DNA of 64,000 bases from assembly GCA_964106915.2 (NCBI GenBank), contig OZ066918.1; one strand, 5' to 3'. Both the position numbers and the translations under genes were made by a program. The notes beneath the pieces are model-generated. The model was not told the DNA's origin. It saw nothing but the letters and a program-made list of their open reading frames with translations, and searched no databases. The stretch comes from Podarcis gaigeae (taxonomy: Eukaryota). Of the stretch, positions 1-12,957 are shown in pieces. Numbering within the stretch: position 1 is the stretch's first letter; every line of letters begins with the position of its first letter.

Positions 1-59
1 TATTTATAAATTAAAATTAAATGTCATATTCCTGCAGCTTAGTGCTGCCTGCAGCGTGT

Positions 60-473
60 ACCCCACCAGCTGGAATATGGTGAATGTCCAGAATGGGCAG
101 GGCCTTTTCATTAATGGCACCAACTTCATTGAACTCCTTCTGCAGGGATTCCCTCCTGGCTCCAGCATTGTACCATTGTATGCCTGGTTTAAAAAAATGG
201 CTTTAAAAAAGGAAAGGCCTTTGGAACTGGCTGGTTTTCTTAGTCCCTGTTTTCTTGCTACTGTGTTGGGTTTTCCATTTATATTGATTAATCCTACTGT
301 GTTAATTTGCTGGGGGGTTATGCCTCTGATTATTTCTGTTACCAGGTATTCTTGTTCTTTTTGTTAATTGCTTTTTGTCTATTGTTTTAACTTTTTTTGC
401 TGTTAGCTGCTCTGAGGTCATTTGAAAGATAGAGTGAGCTATTCATTTTAAAAATAAAATAAAAGAAAATAAA
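60..473 (+). mobile_element. Decayed L2-type LINE 3' end
   Basis: From ~99 reads RAFSLMAPT...LKKWL, resembling the L2 ORF2 C-terminus RAFSV.AP.LWN.LP...LKT.LF. Followed by a T-rich UTR and an A-rich tail (AAAAT repeats). Confidence 0.55.
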
Positions 474-982
474 CTGATACTAACCAATCCAATAATGTGA
501 ATATGTCATTTTTTCAGCAGTCCCATAGTCACTTTCACGTACTATATCCACAATTGCTGGATTAGAACCCTAAATTCAGAACCCACTGTGCATGGACACA
601 ACAAGCACGTCATCACAGTTTATACATTGCACAGTTTTAAGGATCCCTTCCTCTGCCTCAGGCAGTGGTAGTTGTTAGTGCTGCAGCTTTTCTCATGCAC
701 TTAAATTACAAGATGAGGGAGGTCTAAGGGAGGCTTGGGAGTGCAACAGCCATTTTATGTGGTATTGAGCAAGCCATCCAGCACACACCTTAAAACTATT
801 CTGCACCTTTCTTCTTTTTGTAAGTGAAAGTATTTTTGGGTTTCAAATGACAAGCAAAGAAGTGCTGTGTGGCAATTTGAAGGATGCCACTGTAGGTATT
901 TTTGCAGTGGAAGCCACTTGACGATGAGGCTCCCAGGAATTTGCTACATGATCAATTAGCCCACCTCCTTGGACAGATCTAT

Positions 983-1232
983 GGGTGGGAGAATTCAACA
1001 TAATATTCCTCCAGTCATTCCATCAATCCAAGCATTTCAGCTTGCCAGGCATAACATTCTTCCTTCTTGCCTCCCCAAAACACGTGCTTTTGGAATTTTT
1101 CTGACACCCCCCCCCCGCCCCCGGCCAGTTGCAGGGGGCACGCAGGGAGAGTAGTGGGGAAAGCCCCACTGCACAAGCGGAAATCCTTGCACAGGGCTTC
1201 TGCTGAAGGGGCTTGTTAGGTGAATCCCTGCC
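983..1232. mobile_element. Decayed non-autonomous inverted-repeat element (Harbinger-like MITE)
   Basis: Degenerate inverted ends (gggagaattcaac / gtgaatccctgcc) around a GC-rich core. Confidence 0.35.
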
Positions 1233-1613
1233 ATGGTCTCCTTACATATTTCAAATGCTGATGAAAGAATCTCACCAAGCGAACACTTCATTGATGGATT
1301 TAGCTGTTGTCTCTACTTAGCAGGAGTGTTCTGAGTGCTCTGTCATGTATAAAATGTGCATTTTCCAGAGCACTGGCTGTAGGATTTTATCTTATTTTTG
1401 CCCGTTTATACCTTAACACTTCTTTGCTATGCACCATTGAGATAAATGCTGTGTTTAAAGATGGTACTCTTAACAGTTTGAATGTGTACAGTGTATGTGT
1501 GTAAAGGAGAATTAAATATTGACAAAAAGAGAGAAGAGTGCAAAAGGTAAGACAGCCTGGAGGTTTGGTTTTTAAAGATATGTATTTTTCTTCTTCTTCT
1601 TACCACATTGCAG

Positions 1614-1723
1614 ATCTCGCCTTGCAGATTTTTTCACAAACTGCCAGCCTGAGTCACGATCTATTAGTAGCTGTCTGAAGGAAAACTATGCTGACTGCCT
1701 CCTTGCTTACTCCGGGCTTATTG
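1614..1723 (+). CDS. GFRA1: GFRA1 internal coding exon (110 nt), cysteine-rich domain 3: (R)SRLADFFTNCQPESRSISSCLKENYADCLLAYSGLI(G)
   Basis: Pyrimidine tract plus ttgcag|ATCTCG acceptor and ATTG|gtaagg donor. The translation matches the characteristic GFRa1 sequence SRLADFFTNCQPESRS.SSCLKENYADCLLAYSGLIG. Upstream exons lie outside the window. Confidence 0.97.
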
Positions 1724-1850
1724 GTAAGGCTTTCCCTCCTCCCTTGGGTTTGCTTTTTTGCGGGGTGGGGATGGATAGGTGGGTGAGAAGAAAGGCTTTT
1801 TTTGGTGTGTGGTATGAAAATGAAACAAAAGGCAAGGGGAACGCCAAGAA

Positions 1851-2400
1851 GTTGTTGTTGTTGGCATCCATCTCTCTTGGGAGAACATGGAAGAGTGTGC
1901 CTTTGGGGGTGAAGACAAACTGTTGGAAACTGCTGTGGCGCTAGAGACATGTTTTGTTGCAACTGGGGCAGATGAGCGCATCTGGTTTCGCTGGTGCAGA
2001 TGCACCAGGGCATTTCTTTTCCCTGCGTTCCTCCCAGTGGTCATTTCTGCTCTGGTCACTGCTATGGATACACAATCTGACTGTCTGTTTCCAGACTGCG
2101 GTCATCTGCAAGGGATTCCCACATGGCAGGGTTGGTGTTGCCAGCCTTCATGTCATGGTTGCAGACACATGGTTGTAACACAGAGATGGTCTGCCAACAG
2201 TCCTTGTGCCTGAAGCCAGCTCCCCATAGAGCATGTTCTTGGGGATCCTGCCCTCTTCCATTCTGTGGACATGACCACAGGAGTGCAAGCATGCTGGGAG
2301 TGTAGGCTTGGGAGAGCACATCTTTTTTTGAAACTCCGTCATGCCAAACCCCAACAACATCTCAGGCATCTTGAAGATTTTGTTGAAAAGCAGAGATAAA
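1851..2400 (-). mobile_element. RTE-clade LINE 3' fragment
   Basis: Minus-strand frames give VLSQAYTPSMLALL / GHVHRMEEGRIPKNMLYGELASGTRTVGRP / DMKAGNTNPAMWESLADDRS and the C-terminal Zn-finger-like ICPSCNKTCL. (CAA)n tail at 1851-1862. Frameshifted. Confidence 0.85.
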
Positions 2401-4295
2401 AGAAATACTCATCAGCCACGTATAAGCACAATACCAGGACACAATCCATGCATAGCTCAACTCTTAAAGTTCTTTTCTATTTACCTTTGAGTTAAAATTA
2501 ATGAAATTTCCAAGGCAGTAAGCTAAGCCTAAAGTTCATAGAAATGAAAGCAAATGGGCAAAAGGTTTGTGTACCAGCGAAGGAAGAATATTTTGAATGA
2601 AAGAGCCCACATGTGAAGTACTCTTAAAGAACAGATTCTGAATTACCTCTAGTGGGGGACTACTACTAACATACTAGTAACCGGTAGCTTTGTTAGGGAA
2701 TGTCCCTCAAACATCATATCCAGCCACTCAATGCAGCCATACCAGGTATATGCATGGAAAACTGCTTCCACAAATGGATCTCCTTTGCTGTATTAGATCA
2801 CCTGACTGGTAAGATTTAGGACCCCCCAGAATAATCAAATATGCAGCTAATCACTATATTATTTGTCAGTCTCTGTGCCCCCACTCTGCATTCCTGGTAT
2901 CTACTTGTGGGTGTGGAATAATGTAATAAGATAATGGTGTGGACAAGCAGGTTTCGCTACTGAGACAGAGACTGTTTACCATAAGGAAGCTATAACATGT
3001 TCTGACTTTCTGTTGGCAGTTCACTTTCTTTTGCCCCATATAGATGGGGGGGGGGGTTGTCATTGCATGCACAGTTAGTCTTTATGTTTATCTGAACTGT
3101 TGTTTAGAGCAAGCTTTTGAATATCCCACAAGTAACCTGGGTGAAATTTCCTTTGCTATGAAAACGACTTCTCCTTTCTAGGGAAAGGATAGTTTCCTTG
3201 ATGAATGAAACCAATTATCTTCTAATTTGTTTCCAAGAAGTCTGTTTGTGAATGACCCCCTGTGTCCTTATTAAATGGTTTCTGAGGTACCTGTCATTCC
3301 CAGTGAAGGCAAAACTATCCCTTCAGATCGTTATCGTAATTAACATTTGGATTTATCATTGCTACTTCTGCTTGAGTGACTGTCAAGTACCACTGGCTTC
3401 ACTTCAGAGCAAGACATTTGCCCACAGTGGACATCCCTGCATTATAAGAATGAACTGCAATGAGCTTTTGGCTCACATTATCCCACAGCAACCTCAAGGA
3501 GGAGTTTGGAAGTTTTCACTTCTGGTTTAGATTAACAAGAGCTAGTGGTGTCAGCTGAACCCAACGAAGTGTTGACTGTTTGAAAGACAGTAAGTAAGCA
3601 TTAAATGATGGATCAGAAAGCTAGCTTAACAGACTGATATCTCTTGATTTGGAAAGATGGGTATTACTCAGGTGTAGTATTTGGGGTGGAATAATACACA
3701 TAAGATGAATATCTTGCCATGGATAATTTTTGATGCTTTGTAGTATTCCTTTGTTTTTCCTGAAGTCATTTTCAAAAACATAATATGGCAATTCAGAAGT
3801 TTCTTTGTGGGACATTGCCTCCCTTTTTACTTTAAAAACTGCAGCTGTCAATATTGGAAGAAAGATTTAATTTTCCAGATCTTAGACTGTACCATAAGGG
3901 ATATATATCTTTTAGCTCAAACAAATGATTGGCAAGCTTCCCCCGCCCCCCTGCAAACAGCCCTGGACAGGTAATCATAAAGATGATATACTTGGCACCC
4001 CTTTATGGATGGATGGAAATAGGGTCTATGTGTATAAAAAGGTAAGGACTATTTCCACCTGCAATTTCAGCAGCTAGAGTGGTGTGGCATATAATGTATC
4101 ATCAGTTACATTTTGACCCGTATGCTCATGCTAAATTAACTCTGTGGGGAAGGATTTGGACATAATGCTTAAGTATGCTTAAGTGAAATGAGAAGCAATT
4201 GTTCCATTCTGAACCTCACCCCAGAGGGACTCCCTGGATGGACTGTTGGGCCCATGACTTGCTGTGATTTGTACTCACCATGTTAAACTGTTCTT

Positions 4296-4476
4296 TAGGA
4301 ACATAAGAAAAGCCTACTGGATTAAGCCAATGGCCCATCTAGTTTAGCATTCGGTTCATACAGTGGCTAATCCGATGCCTGTGGGAAACCCGCAAGCAGG
4401 ACCTGTGTACACGCCCCACTCCTGCACGTTCCAGCATCTGGGATTGTCGAACATAATGACTCTGACAGTGGAGGCA
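4296..4476 (-). mobile_element. CR1 LINE 3'UTR fragment
   Basis: Begins with gaacataagaaaagcc...ggcccatctagt, the reverse complement of the CR1 3' terminus ...CTTATGTTC. Confidence 0.6.
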
Positions 4477-5242
4477 CACTCCATTTTGGTATTATGCTGG
4501 TTTCTTAGTGAAAGCGCTCATCTTAAGGCAGTGAACGTCCAGAATGTAATAGTCAGATGGCAGACTAGATAAGGCTATGTACACCTTAGCAGCTTAAAAT
4601 GCAGTGAGGGAATTTCCCCACCCCACTGCATTTCAAGTTGTATTTGCATGTTGCTGTACACACCACAGAGGGGTGTGGATATGTACCCCTGATGAGCATT
4701 ACATATTTGATTTCCCTGCACGTGCAACCCCCTCCCCCGCAAACTCCTATTCATGAAGCTGCCGTCTGTGTGTGTTTTGAGACACACCTCAGCTTAACTG
4801 TAAAGTGAATGTGGCACACTTTTTCAAATCAAATGGAAATTGGTTTGAGAGGAAAGACACCAAACAGCGATATTTCTCAAGAAACTACAGGATAGATATG
4901 GATTGTGGCTAACATCATGTGTCTACGAGTTGAAACAACAACAATGGGAGTATGCTTGAGCTAGAGTGAATGGTAATATGTATACAGCCTAAGTATTTAT
5001 ATGTGAGTGAAACATGAGAAGGAAATGGCATGAAGACTTATATATTAGATTTGTTTCAAGCTCAGAGTCTACAGCTGTCATGAAACTTTTCTAGCTGTTT
5101 ATGGTAGGTGTGAAAACCACAGCTCAACTCCTATAGCTGTTAAAAACATCTTTTCTGATGAGATACCACCTGGGGGAAGCATGAGCAAAACAGAATGCTC
5201 TCACTCAGAAAGACTATGTGTTAAGATATATTACTAGGTTAG

Positions 5243-5243
<1 letters not shown>

Positions 5244-5283
<40 letters not shown>
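5244..5283. repeat. (TG)20 microsatellite
   Basis: Direct inspection. Confidence 0.97.
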
Positions 5284-5286
<3 letters not shown>

Positions 5287-7287
5287 TACTCAGTGCTCCA
5301 AATAGCTGTACACCATGAAATTTCAGGGATCTCTCTCTTTGTGTGTAGATATGTACAAGTTAATTAGTAGCTTTCTGTTTTTCTGAAAAACAGTTCTATG
5401 TTATTCAAATAACTGCATACATTTTCACTGACAAATAGTGATGAAGGAAATATAACTACCCTGTTTTATTTTCTTGGGCCAAAATGGCAACACTTCTCAA
5501 TACTTATTGGCCAAGTTTGCTAATCATAAATAAGTATGATGACTGGGGAAGTATGGTGGCTTTCAAAAATCTTGGGAATTGCTTTTTTTTATTGAAGCAA
5601 AGGCAAAAGGATGACTTAACTAGCTGCAGACAAAAGAAGCTGACTCCTGGACAAAGAACTCGTGTATCTTAGACATCAGATCCAATCAAGTGATGTATGG
5701 ATGCTAGCTGCTGGCAAGAAATAACTTTGGTACTAATGGATAACTCAGAATAACAGCTGCTGGCAAGTAGTTCCCAGACACAGGGACTTTTGCTGAGGAT
5801 TTTATTGGAGCCATTATGCAATTTAACCTTAAGGATAACCCAGTTCCAGCAGAGAGGTACTTTTCTGTTTCCATGGGCAAAGATACTGCACAAATGCTTG
5901 AAGAAAGACTGGAAAAACACTCTCTGGCATCAAGATCAAGGGAATGGGTCTCTAAGGAAGCGAAATCAAGTGGAGATCTGACTTTGGAGGGGAAATGCAC
6001 ATTCTTCTTCCTTGCTAGCAGCCCCAAGACACAGTCAAGAGGATGGAAACTGACTAGTGTAACAAGAGTTCATGCCTTGCTTACTGCTGTTACTTTGAAA
6101 AACTCACAGGCTTCCAAAAACAGCCTTTCATTTTCTTTGGGATACCAAGAGCTCTTGTCAGCCTAGTATTAATCTAGACTCCAAGGGCATATATGTGCAT
6201 TCTGTGGTTGTATGGCTACCTGTCCAGGATTCCTTTCTCAACTCTTTTCCCATGTTTTTTCCTACCCATATTGAGAACTAATTATATCCAATATGTGGAG
6301 GCTGTCCACACTACAAGAATAACCTTTCAAAACCACTTGCTATGTTCCCTAGCCCAGCTGCATGGAGATTCTGCATGCTGGCAGCATCTACCTCCACTGC
6401 TTATATGGATACTCTCCATGTAAATGTGCCAGTGTGCATAGCAAGTGGCTTTCAGATGTTCTAGTCAAGATACAGTATGTGGGGTCCTGCCAGTTATCTC
6501 CATGTGGGAGCCATAATATTAAAGTCAAATTTGAGAATATAGACTGCAGATGTATAGTGAGCCTCAGAAGTGGTTTTTAAGTGATAGAAAACATTTACCT
6601 CTCAATTTTTAGATGATAAGGTGATTGCCGCAGAATGGTGACTTTTTAAGGGATTGTAAAAGTAACTTGAGGTATCTATCAAATAGGAATCCACTGCAAA
6701 AATGCCTTATGACATGGAAATGATGGATAGCAATCACTACAGCACACATTTGCCACATTAAAGTGGTCATGGAAATTAATATGCTACTCTCTGATGCACA
6801 GGGAACAAATGCTATGTCCTAATTGGATGTGTTAATGGTGACCAGATAGATCAGTCATAATATATTACTTTTTTCTGTTGAAGAAAAATAGTGGTTTGGT
6901 TTTGTATTATGCTTTTAGGAACACTCTAATTTGCATTAATACAAATTGTAAACACTTACTGGTATGTGATAGAAAACGCCAGAGGGACAGTATGCTGCGT
7001 GGAGTGCTCCTGTTCAGAGAGCCAGCCAACCATGCTATCTTACAGAATATGCCATTTCATTCCCCCTCATCAATAGATAACAGATAGGTAGGTAGGTAGG
7101 TAGAGATATGAACGAACCTTGGGGTTTCTGTAAGCATGCCAGTTCGTCCCTATTGCTCCTCAGTAGTTCCATTTTGGCTATATAGCCATCATCACTGTGT
7201 TACCTGAGATTAACATTGGTACACATGACCAGAGAGCATCTTCAAATAGGTTCATGTTGTCTACCACTTCTGAAAATAATGTAATTA

Positions 7288-7290
<3 letters not shown>

Positions 7291-7327
<37 letters not shown>
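7291..7327. repeat. (GA)18 microsatellite
   Basis: Direct inspection. Confidence 0.97.
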
Positions 7328-7330
<3 letters not shown>

Positions 7331-8936
7331 AAGACAGTGAGGGAGGGGGCAGGGACTCAAGTCAAAGATGTTGGCTAGAAGAACAAGTCATAGGCAGGAG
7401 AAATAACCTATGTGCTTGATTTCACATCTGTCCTCAGGTTCATATTCCATATTTATGTTATTTTTTCCAATGTCTTTCTAATAGGGAGAACTAAATAAAC
7501 ATATACTTGCCTTTCCCATCCCTGGTGATACTAGCTGTGCCTTGGCAGCATTTCCATAATTGCATTTTATCATTTCAGACCCTAAATGGTTTGATGCATT
7601 TATTTTCTGTTCTGTTCTGGCCATCTTCGGTGCCATTCAGAAAGTATCCAGAGCTCTTAACCTGTTTTCACGTAGTTAGTTTCCCATTGCTACACTGAGG
7701 AGGATCTTTCTCGTTTGCCCCCTGCACTCTGCACCCCCCCCAAAGCATATCATATTCATCATTATCATCATATACACTCTACCACTCCACTTTAAATACT
7801 CAACTTTACAGTTATTAAACACGTATGGTGCAGTATCTGTAGCAACACTCCCACAGATTTTAATGAGACAAAATTACACCAACAATGTTTAACCCTATTA
7901 CGTGCAAACAACTTTAATTTGAATTGTGTCTGATATTGATGGATTTATTATTGCAGACATAAATTCAGAGACAAATACTATAAAGGAGACCAGAATACAA
8001 ATACAATCCATTTGTAAGCAACCACAGAAACCCATTTAAAAAAACCCCACAAGGATCCCTGGAACAGCAAAATCAGACCCTAATATTTAATGAGAAGCAA
8101 AAAATGAAAAACAAATTTTAACTTTGAATAGTGCTGGAGATCTGCCATGTTTCATTCCTGTTGTGTTCTAATAAAACAGGTGTGAGGAACCTCTGGCCTG
8201 CTGGCCTTATTAGACCCAGCACGGGTCACAGTTTTGCCCTCAAGGCCGTTTCCCCCAAGTCACACCCACCAGCCCCACACCTGACAGATACAAATCAGAG
8301 CTGGCTGATGATTATTTTCTGAAAATGTTAATACCTTCTCTGTATATTACCTTGTACAAAATACCCCCAGTTCTAAATCAATAAATAGATTTCTTGTATT
8401 GGATCTGCTGTGGGCATATTTAAGGATTTCAGGCATGTAAAAATAGTCATAGTCCTCCAAAATCATTTGGTGCTTTCTATAGCATTGTCATTCCTACTTC
8501 AGACTATCCAAACATAATGGTTGTTCCTCGGTATCACAAAATAAGTGTAGTTGCAATGTCATTCAAAATAAGTGGTGATCATTTTAATTTAAATTGTTGT
8601 CTTTAAAATGTTAATCTAACCTTTGGTTAATATTTGAGGAACCACCTGTTTGCAGGCTCAGGACAACATCATTACATCAGTGACAGTTTATGTGTTCTGC
8701 CTTCATACTCTTCCTCAGAATTCATCAGGCCATATTTACCCACTCCCACCCCCCAAAAAATCTTCTCATCTCATATCTACTCCAAGCTTACTTGTGTATT
8801 TTAACATTTCAATCCTGTTCTCCTTCCCTCATTTACAAGATGATAGTCATTTCTTGATTGGGTTTCTGGGAGGATGGTGGGTTATCGAAAAATAAATAAT
8901 CACATGTTTTGTTTTGTTCTTTCTTTTTGTTAATAG

Positions 8937-9071
8937 GCACAGTTATGACTCCAAATTATTTAAATTACAACAGTCTCAGCGTCGCTCCGTGGTGCGATTG
9001 CAGCAATAGCGGGAATGACCTAGAAGAATGTCTGAAATTTCTGAATTTCTTCCAGGATAACACTTGTCTTA
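8937..9071 (+). CDS. GFRA1: GFRA1 internal coding exon (135 nt): (G)TVMTPNYLNYNSLSVAPWCDCSNSGNDLEECLKFLNFFQDNTCL
   Basis: T-rich tract plus taatag|GCACAG acceptor and CTTA|gtgagt donor. Phase 1-1 continues the previous exon. Contains the GFRa motif WCDCSNSGN..EECLKF..FF..N.CL (inside ORF 8909..9097). Confidence 0.97.
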
Positions 9072-11789
9072 GTGAGTACCATATTTATATTCTATAAAAT
9101 ATCTTCAGTGATGTGTTTATAGAATAATATATGCAGCAACCTATAGTGTAGGGGCTCGTTTACATAATTAAGAATTAACCGGGGGGGGGGGGAGTCCTGT
9201 ATAAATGAGCACAAATTCTGGGGTGTTTCTTCCACAACATGACCTCACTATCTATGCTAAGTGATTCATCAGTTGCTGTATTTCTCTATGGATGCTCTCA
9301 ACTCCACCCATCAGCATGAACTAGCCTGGTATAGCTTAGATCTTTGTTTATGCTACCTCTGTACAGAAGGCTGCATTCTGGCCATGCAAAATCCAGAGGC
9401 TTTTACAACCATACTCACACGTACATTTCTCCATCCTCCATCCAGGCAAGCAACAGGCATTATCACAGCTTGAGGACACATTCCAGACAGGCAAAAACAT
9501 AGAGCAGGGCTAGTGAGGGGTGTGGCCTAGGGAGGAGGCATGGTCTGGTGAAAGGCCATATAGAGAGGCCTGGGAGGCCATATAGGGTGCCTGTGCCTGA
9601 GTTTTCCCATCTTGGGTTTAGGGAACAAGTAACTTAAAACCATGGTTTTGATCCTGGCTGTTTCCCTAAACCGTAGTTAAGACTAACCCAGTACCAGGTT
9701 TGCACATAATGGCAAACTACAGAGAACTGAAAACAGAAGGGAAAGCGTCCGATCTCCTTGCAGTCACGCTAGAGGAGGAATTGGGAGGGGAGAGTGCTGA
9801 GCCTGAGGCTCGTACCTGTAGTGCTAAACCATAATTTAGTGTTCCATCTGAACCTAGCCATTATCTCCACATAGGAAAAATGTCGTATGGGAACTGGGAA
9901 ATGGCCTTGTGTTGTGCAGCTTTAGATCTTGGTTAAATGTGAAGTTCTTAACTAGGCTGTCAGACCTGTTTTCCAAATTAGAAACGTGCTTCAGGAACAG
10001 TCCACATAAATTGAGTTTAAACTCAAGTTTCTTAAAAAGAAGTAACAATGTAGACGTCTGGATGCATAGCTAGTTAAGCATCAACAGGTCACACTCAGCA
10101 CTTATGTATAAACATACTTAATTGTTTGAATAATTTGCCAATTTGGAAATTGGAAGCATTGCTGCACCAATACATGCTCTGTTTTAAAAGAAACACCCCA
10201 GTTCCATTGTCCTCTCTCTTGCTGTCGGAATAAAAATGTTAATGAAGATAAAGCAATGACATTAGAGGACACTGTGAGGAAAAATTATACTCACCCTGGC
10301 AGAGAGACCTTTTCTTCATGAAGAAATTAAAGGTGTCCCTGTTTTAATAGCATTTCACAGAAGGGGGATAAATGTTCCATTATCCTTTTTTTGTTAATGG
10401 GCTGACTTTTGTAAACCTTTATTTTAAATAAAAAAATACTAACGATGCACAGTGTATTATTAAGTGTCGGGCTATTAATCTGCATGTGTTTTAAATATCT
10501 GTATAACAGACTGTCACATTCTGTTGGGACAGTAGCCCTTGCCTCTAATCTTTCACCCTTCTTGGCTACCACAGTGGCTCAAAGGATAGGGCTGTGTGTC
10601 ATTGTTTTATTGCAATCATTAAAGGTTTCTCAGCCGGCTTAAATGCAAATAACTGGTGCAGGAAAATCATGTGGTACAATCATCCCATGAATATAGCACT
10701 TCAAAATGTAGGTGAGGGGACATCATGACTGAATGAAGAAAATACCCTGCCTATCAAAAGCTACTGGCAAGAATGATTGTAGGTTAACGCTCTCATTGAC
10801 ATGCACGGTAGCTTTCTATGTGCACATATACATGCTATTTTTCTGTGTGCAGGTAGTCTCATTTTATTCAGGGGTTCATTAAAACCTGCATTTCCCCCTG
10901 TCTTTATTCAGAAGAGTTACAGCCCCAAGAGGACTGTACCACTGGATCTTCTAAATGTGCACTAAATGGTTTGCACATAATAGTCTTTAGCTCCATGAAT
11001 GTGGGTGATGGTGTTTTTAACAATGATATGTCGGTTTATTTCATTCAGGGTAACTATCTGTCAGTTCTCTGGGATCATTTTTTAGTTTTCTATAATGTGC
11101 TGCAAGGCATGAAAATCCATACAGATTTTCCTCACTTCTCGTCACATCAGCCTGCGCATTTCTGAAGTCTATAAATCATTTCCCACATTTATTAGAAGTT
11201 TTTTTTTAAAGTTAGAATTAAATGCATCTTTCTAAGATAAGAAGTAAAAGTGAAATAATTTATAGTAAGTTGTGGATGCTATTGAAGGAACGTATTAATA
11301 ACTCCTTGCTCACATCCCCAGTGAAATGGTTTATTTCTTATACAATGTGTTTGAAATAAGAAATCCCTAAATCCATGCTGAGTCCCCAAAGACCTGATTA
11401 AAAACTGTTTTTCTATTCATTTGTATGTTTGTTTGTTTTTAAAAACCCAGCCAATTTACTCTTACCATAAACAGAGTATTTAATCCCATGAAAACCTACA
11501 ATAAGCCTTTCAGCTTTTCCATTTTCAACTTCTAGTGTGAGTGTGCTTCACCCACCTATTTATGTATATTTTGTTTGAAAACTAGAAAGGGGGAAAGAAA
11601 AGAAAAAAAATCTTTAAAATACCTTGTATTTTTTGTTGTATAAAAAAACCATTATTATAAATAAACCAGTCAGTTCCTTGCTATTACCATTTGGCTTATC
11701 AAACATATTACAATGATAGTATATCCTGGAATGGTGAGCTCAATTATTTATAGACTACCTAAATGTGGGTTCTCTAGATTTTCCTTAGG

Positions 11790-12000
11790 CCTCATCTACC
11801 CTGTATATTTAAAGCAGCATCTTACCACTTTAAGCAGTCATGGCTTCCACCACAGAATTCTGGGAGCTGTATTTTGTTAAGAGTGCTGAGCCTTATATTT
11901 CCCTCACAGAACTACAATTCCTATAGTGGTTTAACAACCAGTGTTTCCTGGGAACTCTGAGGATTGTAGCATAAATTGGGTTTTCAACTGCCTACAGATG
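11790..12000. mobile_element. Squamate non-autonomous DNA element (gaatcctgggaactgtagttt / actacaattccc family)
   Basis: Shares motifs with copies at 33850-34050, 48093-48246, 52365-52530, 60415-60545 and 63850-63942. Confidence 0.55.
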
Positions 12001-12287
12001 TACAAATATTTTGTGTAAATTCCACACTCGGTGCCTTTGTGCCCTGAGCAATCCCACTGCTGATGTGGCTCTGTGCTGGCATGTTAAAAAGGCAGCCTGT
12101 AAGTCTGAGTTTAAACCATTCTATTATTATTAAAAGCATTGCATTCCTTTGTCAGATGAAAATAAATCTGTGACCCACAAACTTAACGTTGTAGGGGTGT
12201 TTCCCTTCAGGAAGTTGTTGAGGTAGTGTTGTCCATTTTAAACTATTTCTTCATAAACAGAATTGGCTCTGTGATTTTTTTCTGCAG

Positions 12288-12466
12288 AAAATGCAATTCA
12301 GGCCTTTGGCAACGGTACAGACGTGAATGTGTGGCAGCCCTTACTACCTGTCCAGACAACCACAGCTTTAACTACAACATCTTACAGATCTAAGATAATG
12401 GGACCCGAGAACACCAACAATGAAATACCCACCAACAATGACTTACCAGCATGTGCCAATCTTAAG
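12288..12466 (+). CDS. GFRA1: GFRA1 internal coding exon (179 nt): (K)NAIQAFGNGTDVNVWQPLLPVQTTTALTTTSYRSKIMGPENTNNEIPTNNDLPACANLK
   Basis: ttttttctgcag|AAAATG acceptor and CTTAAG|gtaagg donor. Contains the NAIQAFGNG motif, a Thr-rich stalk and the CANL ending typical of GFRa1. Phase 1-0. Confidence 0.96.
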
Positions 12467-12957
12467 GTAAGGAACTCCTCAGGCAAAGAAGTCTTTGGGT
12501 GAAGTGCAAAGAAGGGAGAAAGAATTGTGTGTCAAAGGAAGGATGCTTTGATGCACATGCAGAGTAATCAGACAGTCTTATCTGTCCCCTGCTACCTCCA
12601 AAATATTGTTGGTGTGATATCGGCACATATTGTATTAAACCAGTCACTCATAATTTCAAAAACCCTTGAATCAATCATAGGCTGAACTGATATAAAAACG
12701 GAGGATCAGAATGTGGTACTCTTCCTTGAACTGCAACAGGTTTGGATGGGTTTTTTTTAATCAGTGCTCCCTGCCTATATAAAAACCAGGTATGGGAAGA
12801 AAGTAGGTTGTCTTAATGGGTCATTGGTAAATGGCTGGTGACTTCTGGTTGACCAGATTCTTGCTAAGAGAGGTGGGCCTTGACCTGGTCCAACTAGACG
12901 TTTTGTGTTTTTAAGCAAGTGTGCATGCTCAAGATTACTTGAAACAAATTAATTATT

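Noticed and set aside
12467-12502. Read-through of the 179-nt exon (VRNSSGKEVFG*) as a soluble isoform
   Set aside because: The donor is strong (AAG|gtaagg) and I saw no nearby AATAAA; nothing beyond chance.
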